Shown in pieces: positions 35,039 through 46,309 of a stretch of 64,000 bases of DNA. The stretch lies in contig OZ024747.1 of assembly GCA_964016885.1 (NCBI GenBank), positions 72,974,001 through 73,038,000 of the forward strand, read 5' to 3'. The translations under genes were made by a program, and so were the position numbers. The notes beneath the pieces are model-generated. The model was not told the DNA's origin, did no database searches, and saw only the letters and a program-made list of their open reading frames with translations. Origin of the DNA: Eledone cirrhosa. Taxonomy: Eukaryota. Position 1 is the stretch's first letter; every line of letters begins with the position of its first letter.

Positions 35039-38000
35039 TTGAGAGTTGGCTGTTTGAACGCGCGTGGCCTGAGCTCAGCTTGGAAGCAAGCAAAGCTTCT
35101 AAGTGACCTCAGGTCACAAAGTATAGATGTGATGGTTGTTTGCGAGAGTCGGATCAGCAGCGTGAGACAGCTGGCGCCCGCCTTCGATGACTTTGAGATG
35201 CACGCATCTCTCTGTCAACCCGGAGGCGGGGGGGGGGAGTTGCCGTACTGCTGGATAAACGTCTGACTCTCGACGTACAGATTGTTCACTCGGACCCGGG
35301 GCGTCGATTACTGGTGCTGGACGTCGGAGGTGGTGAAGGCGGGGCTTTCAGACTGGTCGGACTTTATGCTCCCTTCGGGGCGGAAAGAGCCGACTTCTTC
35401 CAACGTCTGGAGACTTTTCTAGGAACGTCGCGTTCCCTGCTTTTAGTGGGGGACTGGAATGGAATCCTAGATGCGCGTTGGGACTATGCAGGGGCATGTC
35501 CCGATAGAGGGGGGTGTAGCAGCCTCAAGGGGTTACTCGATCGATTCGACCTGGTCGATAGATTTCGACTAGATTGTCCAACTGCGCCAACCTGGACCTG
35601 GGCAAACCGCAGTGGACAATCTAGATCGTACCTAGATAGGTTTTTGGTTAGGAGTAAGGATAGGGACGTATTTAGTTGTCCAGAACTGATCATGGTTGGC
35701 TATTCAGATCACAAATTAGTGACCTGCGTGGTCAACCTTGATAGAACGCATAGACAGGGTCCCGGTTACTGGAAGATGAACTTGTCCTTACCGACAAAGA
35801 AAGATTACAGAAACCGGATTAGTAGCTTAGTTAAGATGCGGTTGACGGGAGCGATCGTCAACAGTAGGTGGTGGATATCTCTAAAGAGAGAGATTAGAGT
35901 AAGTTCGATAGGTTACAGTAAGGAACTAGCGGCGAATAGAAATAGGAGGGAAAGGGAGTTAACAGATAAACTAGAAGAGGCGATTAGGAGCGGAGACGTA
36001 GCCAGAGTGTTAGCGACGAGAACGGCATTGAGCCAGTTCTTTGACGCGAAGCACGAAGGCTGCGTTGTCCGAAGTAAAATACGTGCTTTAGGAAACGAGG
36101 GGACCAAAGCTGTTAGCTGGGCCCGCGTGACAGAAGCCAAGAGTGGGATTAAATCCACCATTCGGTCTTTGCGAGACCAGGATGGACGGGTGATCCTTGA
36201 ACCTGAGCGAATGTGCGAGACCTTTCAAAGGCACTTTGCTCGACTGTTCGGAGGTGGCGGGGGGCCGGACGGGGATGTGGACTTCGGTCCATACCTCGAC
36301 GGTCTACCGCGTCTTTCGAGCGGCGAAGCGGAGTGCTGCGAAGGGCCAATCACAGCCACTGAAATCGGGGAAGCGCTCAGCCAATGCAGCAGACGCAAAT
36401 CCCCGGGTCTCGATGGTCTACCATACGAACTTTATTTAGCTATGCCGGTCTTGTTCTCCGAACTCCTCGAGGCTGTCTATTGCAACTGGCAACAGAACGG
36501 GAGAACTCCCTGTTCTGTGACCAAGGGCGTGGTCACGCTAGTGAGGAAGGACGAGAGCAAGGGGGACGACTTAAGTAACTTTAGGCCCATAACTCTGCTG
36601 AATGCAGAGTTACAGATTTTGGCCAAGGTGTTGGCGAAGAGGTTGGCGCTTGTGGTGGGTGGTTTGGCGGGAGACGCGCAGACATGCGCTATCCCGTCCA
36701 GGTCCATTCACGACAACCTCCACCTCATGCGATACATCATAGAGAGGGTTGGCTACGAACCCGGCTTTGGTGGGGCCCTGATCAACTTGGATCAATCTAA
36801 GGCGTTCGATAGGGTCGACCATGGTTACCTGGATGCGGTGCTAGCGGCGGCAGGCTTCGGACCCGTTTTCAGGGGCTGGATTTCTGCCGTGCACAGTGGC
36901 AACATCTACTCTAGGATTAAAGTAAACGGCTACCTCTCGGAGCCGTTTCAAATCACCCGATCCATCAGACAGGGGTGCCCCCTCTCCTCCCTTCTGTACG
37001 TATTGACTCTCGAGCCACTGCTGCGGAAGTTGGAGTTGCTGCGGGGAATACCCCTGGAACCGGGATTGCACAAAGCGGTCTCGGCCTATGCCGACGACGT
37101 AACAGTAATGGTGGCGGACGCCTCGGAAATCGGGGCGATCGCCACCCTACTGGAGGAATACGAAAGGCTGACGGGGGCTAAGCTGAACCAGGACAAGTCA
37201 GTCGGTTTGCAACTCGGAACGTGGAGGGGCAAACCGATGCCGTTAGACGGTGTCGTCGGGCGGTGGACGGAGGGCCCGGTGAAGCTGCTCGGGGTCTGGT
37301 TCGGACCGGACCTCCAGGTGGAGAAGAATTGGGGCGAGGTGACGAGCAGGGTGTTTGCGCTGACCCAGAAGTGGGCCAAGTGCAAACTATCACTGAAAGG
37401 TCGGGCGGAGGTGACGAACGCTTACATAGCGTCCGTCATCTACTACCGCCTGACCGTCGTGCCTTGCCCCAAGGAAAAGCTCACCATCATGGAACGCATG
37501 CTCTTCCAGTTCCTCTGGAAGAAGCGGCCTCCCATGGTGAGGAGATCCATCTGCTGCCAGCACCCTTCGAAAGGAGGGCTGGGTATGCCGTGGCTGTTGA
37601 TGCGTAGGCACGCATTGAGGCTACGGCATCTACAGGTATTCCTCAACGGTCAGCCGGTGTGGGCCCCGTTTGTGAGGCGAGCCTTCCCACAGCTCGTCTC
37701 GCTCACCGAACTGCAATCCTGGGTGAAGCAAAGACCGAGAAAACTGGGCAACTGGCACACCGAGTGTGCCCAGGCGCTCACGGCTATCTGGCAAGCGGAC
37801 CCGACTGTCAGTGGAGAATCCACCTCGACATTCTATAGAGGGTTGGTGGCTAGCAGGGGCGACGACACCCTTGGAGAGTCGCTAGGCATGGAGGAGGACG
37901 AACTGGCCAGCCTGTTCGGTAGAACTTTCGGCCCGGGACCCATGGACAACTTCCAGAGGTCCCTAGCCTGGCAGTGTTACCGGGGGGCTCTGCCCGTTCG

Positions 38001-38469
38001 AGAAAAGCTCTACAGACACGGGCGCCCGGGCAGGGATCCAGCGAAAAAGATCTGTCCCAGATGCGTGCGCGACGAGGAAACCGTTGCGCATGCACTGGTA
38101 CGCTGCCCGGGCGTTGCCGATCTGTGGGGCTACGTCGAACGACTGCTGTCGCGTGTGGCGCCGATTCGATTAACCGCCGAGTCTGTGGTGAACATCAAGC
38201 CGCCGCCTCCCTTCAGAAACGAAGCAGAGGCGGTATTTCTGTGCGTAATAGCCATGATGAAAGAGGTTGTGTGGTGGACGCGCCTGAAAGGTCTGAGGTC
38301 GGGTGACTTTCTCTCCGGCCATCACCTGGTTTACTTCTTCCGATACCACTTCGGAAGAAGGATCAGGATGGAGAGAGAAGTGCTTGGCCCCAGACAGTTT
38401 TATGAAAGGTGGGTGAAAGAAGCGAGAATGGCTCGTGTAAATGGGCCTTCTCTCTACATTGTTCTGTAG
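35039..38469 (+). pseudogene. Copy 6 ORF2, frameshifted at a G10 tract; His of the C-terminal CCHC changed to Arg-adjacent variant (ALVRC)
   Basis: G10 at 35228-35237 versus G8 splits ORF2 into 75-aa and 1051-aa ORFs. Confidence 0.8.
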
Positions 38470-38715
38470 GTGAAGAAGTGAAAAGGAAAGGGGGAGCGCC
38501 TCCTCTCTGGGCTTCCCCCGCGAAAAGGGTTGCACACTTTTCGGGGGTATGTGCAATCCCGAACACGCCCCCTCCCTTTTGAGGACTTTTTATTATTATA
38601 TTATTATTGTTATTCCTTTTTCTTTACTCGATTTATGTAAACTCCCCCACTGTGTATTTGTCCCCTTCTTTTGTGCCCACGTGGCAAATAAATAGAAATT
38701 TATCTATCTATCTAT

Positions 38716-39564
38716 TGGTCCGCAGCAAGTGCGACGACACGCTTGGAGAAACTCTAAGCGTAGAGGAGGACGAACTGGCCAGTCTGTTCGGTAGGACCTT
38801 CCGCCCGCGACCAATGGACAACTTCCAAAAGTCCCTGGCCTGGCAGTGCTACCGAGGAGCTCTACCAGTTCGCGACAAGGTCTACAGACACGGGCGCCCG
38901 GGTAGGGACCCTTCGAAAAAGATCTGTCCGAGATGCGTGCGCGACGAGGAAACTGTCGCGCACGCATTTGTACACTGCCCGGGCGTTACCGACCCGTGGG
39001 GCTATGTAGAACGACTATTATCGCTGGTGGGACCAATCCGGTTGACCACCGAGTCCATTGTCATGATCAAACCGCCACCCTGCTTCAAAAACGAGGGAGA
39101 GGCGGTTTTCCTATGTGTTATGGCTATGGTGAAAGAGGTTATATGGTGGACGAGGTTAAAAGGGCTGAGGTCAGACACCTTTCTCTCCGACGAGCACTGA
39201 TTCGTTTTTTCAAATATCATTTTGGAAGAAGAATCAGGATGGAGAGAGAGGTGCTGTACCCCAGCAAATTTTATAAAAGGTGGGTGAATGTGGCAAAGAT
39301 GGCCCGAGAGGTTGGGCCTTCTCTCTATATAAGCCTGTAGTTGGAGGAAGAGAGGAAGGGAGTACTCACTCTTGGTGATCCTGGAGATGAGGGTTGTACA
39401 TTTTTTCGGGGTGTGTACAACCCCTGTGTAACACCTCCTCCTTATTGGGGATATCAATTGTTATTTGTTATTTTATTAATAGTTTTATTTTCATATACCT
39501 GTATGTAAACTCCCCATTTGTATTTGTCCCCTTCTTTTGTGCCCTTGTGGCTAATAAAGAAATT
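38716..39564 (+). mobile_element. Family B: 5'-truncated, diverged sister element (ORF2 C-terminus and 3'UTR)
   Basis: Translates to DDTLGETLSVEEDELASLFGRTF..CPRCVRDEETVAHAFVHC, homologous to family A with many substitutions. Ends AATAAAGAAATT plus (TATC)3. Confidence 0.92.
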
Positions 39565-40021
39565 TATCTATCTATCTACATATATATGCATACATAAATA
39601 CACACAAACACAAACACACATATATGGGATGCTACAAGTTGCGACACGTTCTCCAGATTTAATTTATTCCACCCGGCCACAAATCCAGACAGCGCCACCT
39701 GTAACATAGAGGAGTGAAAGATAATCAGATATCGCCTGATTCTTTTTTGTTCTTATTGCCATGGAGATTTCTGGTGTCCTTAGTCTACTGACTGCCATTT
39801 TTCTCCGAAATATCAGGAGGAGTGTATGTCGTCTGAAGAAGAAACCTCATATATTTCCAATGGTTCATTTAAAGATGTCGCTGTCCTCTGTTGTAATGTT
39901 TTTGCCAAATTGTCTGCGAGGCACAGCTGAAATATTCCGATCAGCCAAGTCTTTTCTCCTTTTCTCTTTTAATTTAATTTTTTCTATCCCACCCCTTTTC
40001 TCTTTTTCTGTTTATCGATCT

Positions 40022-40160
40022 AAGTTCAAATCCAGCCGAAGTTAACTTTGTTTTTCTTCTTCACGAGTCCGATAAAATAAAACAATAGTAATGTACTGGG
40101 ATCGATTTAATCGATTTTCTCCTTTCCTAAAAATTGTAGTCCCTGTGCCTAAATCAGAAA
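40022..40160 (+). mobile_element. 5'-truncated tRNA-type SINE
   Basis: B-box-like GTTCAAATCC followed by the central block (..GATAAAATAAA..GTACTGGG..) shared with 40164, 57261 and 57428. Confidence 0.7.
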
Positions 40161-40163
40161 TCA

Positions 40164-40342
40164 TGGCAGTATCGGTAGAGGGTCGGGCGCCATGCTGTGA
40201 CGTATAGAGTTACGGTCCTTGCCATTCTGAGTTCAAATCCCGCCGAGGTTAACTTTGCCTTTCATCCTTACGGGGTCGATAAAATAAAGTACCAGTAATG
40301 CACTGGGTAATTGCTGGCCTTGTGTCAAAAGTAGAAACAATT
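40164..40342 (+). mobile_element. tRNA-derived SINE
   Basis: A-box-like TGGCAGTATCGG, B-box GAGTTCAAATCC, central GCCTTTCATCCTTACGGGGTCGATAAAATAAAGTACCAG. From memory this resembles Meta/Sauria-type SINE cores; unverified. Confidence 0.78.
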
Positions 40343-40450
40343 ATTTACATTAAAAAAAAATCATTATTGTATGCCATATATATATATATATATATAGATA
40401 TATATATAAATAAGAACGGAGAAAGAGATATAGAGAAAGAACCGAGCTAA

Positions 40451-40568
40451 GTACTAGATTGGTTCTTCTTTTGTCGTCATCGAATGGATGAAAGGAAAAA
40501 TTGACCTCGGCGGGATTTGAACTTATAGCAAAGGTTCAATGTGACGTTCCAACGACCTCGCCGTTAGC
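40451..40568 (-). mobile_element. Decayed copy of the same SINE, inverted
   Basis: GGATGAAAGG..GACCTCGGCGGGATTTGAACT is the reverse complement of the B-box and central block at 40229-40270. Confidence 0.65.
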
Positions 40569-41005
40569 TATGGACATTCTTCTAGTTTCTTTTTATGTTA
40601 TATAAAGATATTAGCTAAATTTTATTGTTACGGTTTTCTTTTGTATTTTCCTTTGCTTTTATGATTTTTACTTTCGTAACTTCCAGTTTTTTCACTCACA
40701 CACACACACATATATATATATACACACACTCACACACACACGCACGCACACACACATACACACATGATTTCTCTTTGATAATGGATGGTTAATCTGAAAA
40801 TGTTTGGGACTAATAAATTGCTAAGGTAACTTTCAGTCATTCCTTTTTTGCCCTTCTCACAGATTGCGCTGCTTTCTTTATCTCTCTCGCAATTCATTTC
40901 CAACTTGTTACCTTGGTAATTCTAACCCACTTCCATATTGTATATCTTTCTAAACACACCCACTTTTTATTTTCATATTCCACAATGTTGCAAGCAAAAC
41001 GACTA

Positions 41006-41008
<3 letters not shown>

Positions 41009-41077
<69 letters not shown>
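41009..41077. repeat. (TA)n microsatellite
   Basis: Seen directly. Confidence 0.97.
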
Positions 41078-41081
<4 letters not shown>

Positions 41082-43135
41082 ATACTTTGGGAGGGTCATG
41101 TTGCCATTAAGAAACACACGCACCAGTGGCTTTCACTTCAATTTATTATAATAAATTTATAAATTTAGGAATTTATAAATTTCTGGTTGGTTGGTTCCAC
41201 AACCAGATGATTGTTTATATATTGTCAAAGTTCTTTCGTCACACATTCTGTGACCTTTTCAGTGACTGGGGATTCTTTTCTTTGTTTTTGTGCCTCTCCT
41301 TTGTTCTGTCCTACGCCATCTTGTTTTTGTGTGTGTGTTGTATATATATATATATATATATATATGTTGTGTGTTGTATATATATATATATATCTGGTCG
41401 GAATTTTTTTTCACTCTCGTCTACGATTTCACAGAACTTATGTTTACCGAATTCGCAGACCAGACCCCTTCTTCCTCCCGTTAGACCTGTGTGAAATTCC
41501 TTCCTTGCTCACATTTCAACCAGGTTTGATGGTCTTTATTCTCTCGTTCACGATTTCACCGAACTTAAATTCATAGAAATCTGGGACTTGTCTCCTTTCC
41601 TCACTTTCTGTTGCCTCACCATTTTGTTTGTTTACCCTCGCGTCCCCTTTATTTACGTGTCCCAACGACTTTTTTTAGCCGTTGCTCGCACCAACCGGAG
41701 GTATATGGTCTTTAAAGCGATGAAATGCCTATGATAGTTGGAAGATCACTGATGAAGGACAAACTTTTTTCATATGTAACCCATTTGCAACTCCGCAGTG
41801 CCCTTATTATCATATATATATATATATATATAAAATCCTCAACATATAAGAGTCGAAGCTTAATATACCTTGTGCCAATATACGGATTATGATGCTGAAC
41901 CCACAATTGTAGCTTACTCCTGTTTGTAGACCAACAATACTCTTTATGGCTACAATATTAAGAATCTGATGTACTACTCTTATAGTCTTGTAAGTTTCCA
42001 CAACCTTGTTTTCACCTTTTCACCCTTTAAACAATTTAACCCTAATTAATATTCGTTCCTATCATTAATTCTCATTTGTGTTGTATTGTATTGAACTATA
42101 AATGTAATTTGTATTCTGCTTAAATTTATTTGTATTTTAATTAATTCATGTTGTATTGTATATTTATCTTCCATTTTTTTTTTACAAAATTATCTTAGCA
42201 TTTTTATCTTGTTAAAGTTTTTCACATTTGTATTTCATTGTATTGATAATTGTAATTTAGCGTGAATAAATATGAAATATCCAGGAGCGCTGCAAGGATA
42301 TGATAGTATCAAGCCTTTAGCTGCACAATAGAAACTGAAGACGAGTAGGGAATGAAATGAAAGAATGTGAGATTGTATTATGAGAGATTCAATGTGACAA
42401 TTATGATGTGTTGCTGTGAGGAGAGGGCCGAGGTTTTTGTTTGTTTCAAGTAGGACTGAATTGTAGTTTCGGCAGATCGTTTTATATCTAAGTATACATC
42501 GTTAACATCGACAAAATTTCATTTCACACCGGTTATTTATATTTTAATGAAAAGTTGTGACGAAGTCGATGGAATTGAGGAAAAGTATCATATAATTTCT
42601 AGTAATGTACCCCAGGCTAGAACTTGACAAACAAAAGAAAATGTTGAAAAAAAAAAGATACAGAAGCAAAGGAATAAGAAGATACTGAGGGAGTTCTGTT
42701 GGACTTAGCCAGAAAAGAGACTTAAGTTTAAACTGTATGTATGTATGTATGTATGCATGTATGCGCAGGGAGATGGAAATATTTGGTTTTGTGCCCGAGC
42801 GTGTGGTTAGCCTTGCGGGAGTGAGAGACCCTAGTTCTTATTAGGACATCGTTCAAGGATGTAAAACCTGCGCCTCCATAGCAACCAGTGATGTTGACCT
42901 ATTTGGCTTTTGAATAATTGCCGTCGTTGTTAAGGCAGTGCAAGGTCTTGCTCCACTTCAAAAAGCTTCAAAGACAGGCATCACTTGTTCTAAACGACAT
43001 TCCTATGTGTTGCACAATCCGACATGTTTACGAACATTTTGGTTATATATATAGTGTTTACGAAAATCTCAGAGAAGCAATTCAAGAAGTCTTTAGCTTC
43101 TAGTACACACACTCGCACACATACATAGATAGAGA

Positions 43136-43188
<53 letters not shown>

Positions 43189-43296
43189 GGAGAGAGGGAA
43201 GAGAGAAACAATGATTTAAGAAAATTTAACTTCTTTATACAAACTCTACTATACGTATTGATTACTACTTTTTGATTTGTTTCGCACGCCCCCCCC

Positions 43297-43358
<62 letters not shown>

Positions 43359-44027
43359 TAAATGGTACTGTAGATATGATATGACATAATGTTCTATGAA
43401 CATTACAACACGCAATATAGAATATATGAATTAATCAATTTTCCATTAGAAAATATTTCTATGGTGTTTTACATGCGCATCCTGTTTGTGACTATATTTC
43501 ATCTTTACTGAGACTGTAAAACTAGAAATGAATTCATTGTTTCGAAACGTTTTCTTGAAATCCTTCAACAACAATTAGCTATTTGTTGTCTTAATTTCTC
43601 TTTTGCAGTTCTTAGTAGACACTGAAGGTTTGCTGCTAAAATCCTGTTATTATTAGCTTCCATATTCACTCGCAACTTGTCTATACAGTTTCATTCTATA
43701 TTGATAATCTATAGATTTTTTTTCTGTTCAAATTTTCTTTAGTATACTTCGAAGTTACTCTTTGATTTTTGTTAAATATTTTCTTTTCTCCTCATTATGT
43801 TAACCAGTCTAGATTTATTTAGTTTTCTTGTAAATATTTAGAATAGCCTCGTTGAAGATTGTGGCTGTGACAACTACGTAAAACATGAAAAGTTTTGTCA
43901 CAGAAGAATGGAGTCGGATTACTTTATACATATCTGGACAATTGTTTTTCTGGAAACATCTCATCTGCATTGAATCAATATACAGTATAAAGTACTTAGT
44001 TTACATATATATCATTTAATTCGACAA

Positions 44028-44835
44028 ATTGCTCCCATCCTCCCATCCTCCCTCCTCCCATCCTCCCTCCTCCCATCCTCCCTCCTCCCATCCTCCCTCC
44101 TCCCATTCTCCCTCCTCCATATCCCCCCCCCCCCCTCCATATCCTCCCTCCTCCCATCCTCCCCTCCTCCCCTCCTCCCATCCTCCCTCCTCCCATCCTC
44201 CCGTCCTCCCCTCCTCCCACCCTCCCACCCTCCTGTACTCCCGTCCTCCCATCCTCCCGTCCTCCCGTCCTCCCCTCCTCCCGTACTCCCATCCTCCCAT
44301 CCGCCCGTCCTCCCATCCTCCCATCCTCCCGTACTTCTATCCTCCCGTCCTCCCATCCTCCCGTACTCCCATCCTCCCGTCCTCCCATCCTCCCGTCCTC
44401 CCGTCCTCCCATCCTCCCGTCCTCCCATCCTCCCATCCTCCCATCCTCCCGTCCTCCCGTCCTCCCCTCCTCCCGTACTCCCATCCTCCCATCCTCCCAC
44501 CCTCCCATCCTCCCGTCCTCCCGTCCTCCCCTCCTCCCGTACTCCCATCCTCCCATCCTCCCACCCTCCCATCCTCCCGTCCTCCCATCCTCCCACCCTC
44601 CCATCCTCCCGTCCTCCCATCCTCCCATCCTCCCGTCCTCCCGTCCTCCCCTCCTCCCGTACTCCCATCCTCCCATCCGCCCGTCCTCCCATCCTCCCAT
44701 CCTCCCGTACTTCTATCCTCCCGTCCTCCCATCCTCCCGTACTCCCATCCTCCCGTCCTCCCATCCTCCCGTCCTCCCGTCCTCCCATCCTCCCGTCCTC
44801 CCATCCTCCCATCCTCCCATCCTCCCCTCCTCCCA
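44028..44835. repeat. Pyrimidine-rich 8-bp minisatellite (CCTCCCAT/CCTCCCGT)n
   Basis: About 800 bp of 8-bp units with variants; source of the Gly/Glu/Asp-rich spurious ORFs. Confidence 0.95.
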
Positions 44836-45489
44836 GCCTCGTATCCATGTCTTGGGCAACTTGATAGTAGTCAACTATTATATTAGTTTATTGCAGATAT
44901 GAAACACAGACACATACAGACGCACACACACTGATATATAGAAACACATACACACACGTACACCATTCATAACACATAGCACACAAACACAAGCACACAC
45001 ACATATATATATATACAAACACACACTACATAGACACATATAAACATACATTGCTATACAAACATCCAAATATAACCCCCCCCCCCCACACACAATACAC
45101 ACAGATACCCCCCTCCCCCACTCCGAGCAATGAGTATTTACACTCAGTGCTTCGATAATGAAAAAAAGGTTTTTTCGTGCCAATCCAAAGAATTATTAAA
45201 TGAAGGAAGTAAAATAGAGACTTGCAGAGATGATAGTGGCCATAATGGTATTATGGTGATATCTTTACTGCTATGGCATATATTCAGACAATCTTACACA
45301 ATGGTATATTATACAAATACATACAAACATATATACATACATATATACATATATACATACATATATCTATACACATACACGCATAATACATACATGGTGG
45401 CTGCCAACTCGTTTTCAAGTACGGCCACTACTTTATATCCATGTAGGAGAACGCCTACCGATGCGCTGAACAAGTGTGACTTTTTAGTC

Positions 45490-46000
45490 TAGCCAGCGAC
45501 TTGAAAACTCTGGTACAAACACTACACCTGTGACAATTATTGACACATAGTGCTGGGCCCATGGTACCATGTGACGACAAGTGCAGAGAGATCTCCAGAT
45601 ATAAAGCAATGCCTGTGTCGTGAAGCTTTTATAGTGTGCAAAGGCACTGCACAAAGCCTGTCCCACTCTCTTAACCAAGATGATATTTACCAAAAAGAAG
45701 AACAAGTCAACATCATTGGATACCATCAGGGTTGCAGGTGTTATATCAGAGTTTTCCTTCTCCTAGAATTCTGCCTTGACAAAGGCTAAGGGGTCATCTC
45801 TCCCGGTGATTTTGGATGGCCATTGACTCTTAAGAGCTCCTTTGCCCTTTGACAGGTTTTGTTTTTAGTCCTGCAGGATGTCCAAAGTCACCCTCCTCAC
45901 CAAGAAACCTTCGTGGGGTTGCCAGTTTAGTCGCCAATTACCCGACCATGAGACAGGTTGTACTGGGATACATGTTACCAGTAGCACCAACTGGTGACCT
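45490..46000 (-). mobile_element. Probable decayed retroposon (RTE-associated or non-autonomous) with a structured 5' end
   Basis: Non-microsatellite island between CA/TA-rich tracts, with a hairpin-rich end at 45905-46000. The family assignment is from memory only. Confidence 0.35.
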
Positions 46001-46309
46001 GACATATAAAACATACATATATACATACATACCTGAATACATACATACATGCACACATACACCGACACATATATAACTCTAATATCTATCTATCTATCTA
46101 TCTATCTTGATAGAGTAAGACACGCTTCGCATCGGCTCCGCTATTCCATCGGGATTTACCCTTACTATTGTAAGTACCGGATAAATTTTTTAGTGCAACA
46201 CATTTGGAACACTAACCCGTGTTATTTAGGGAAACATTTTTGCATTTACCCCCTTTTTAGGGGGTAAAATAAATATCTATTTTTGCCGAAAAATTTCTTT
46301 CTTGGCAGC

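Larger units (their letters stand above)
32995..38700 (+). mobile_element. Family A copy 6, full length (5706 bp)
   Basis: (TATC)5 at 32975-32994 precedes TTGATAGAG; ends AATAAATAGAAATT followed by (TATC)3 at 38701-38712. Confidence 0.97.

Noticed and set aside
38701-39564. LTR or 3' transduction explaining the repeated ORF2 end after copies 6 and 7
   Set aside because: The downstream pieces are clearly diverged from family A and differ from each other in start point and sequence, so they are independent older insertions.
40164-40245. tRNA gene
   Set aside because: A and B boxes are present but there is no cloverleaf, and the sequence continues into a shared SINE body.
43996-44886. Gly/Arg/Trp-rich and Pro/Ser-rich ORFs
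   Set aside because: Translations of the 8-bp minisatellite.
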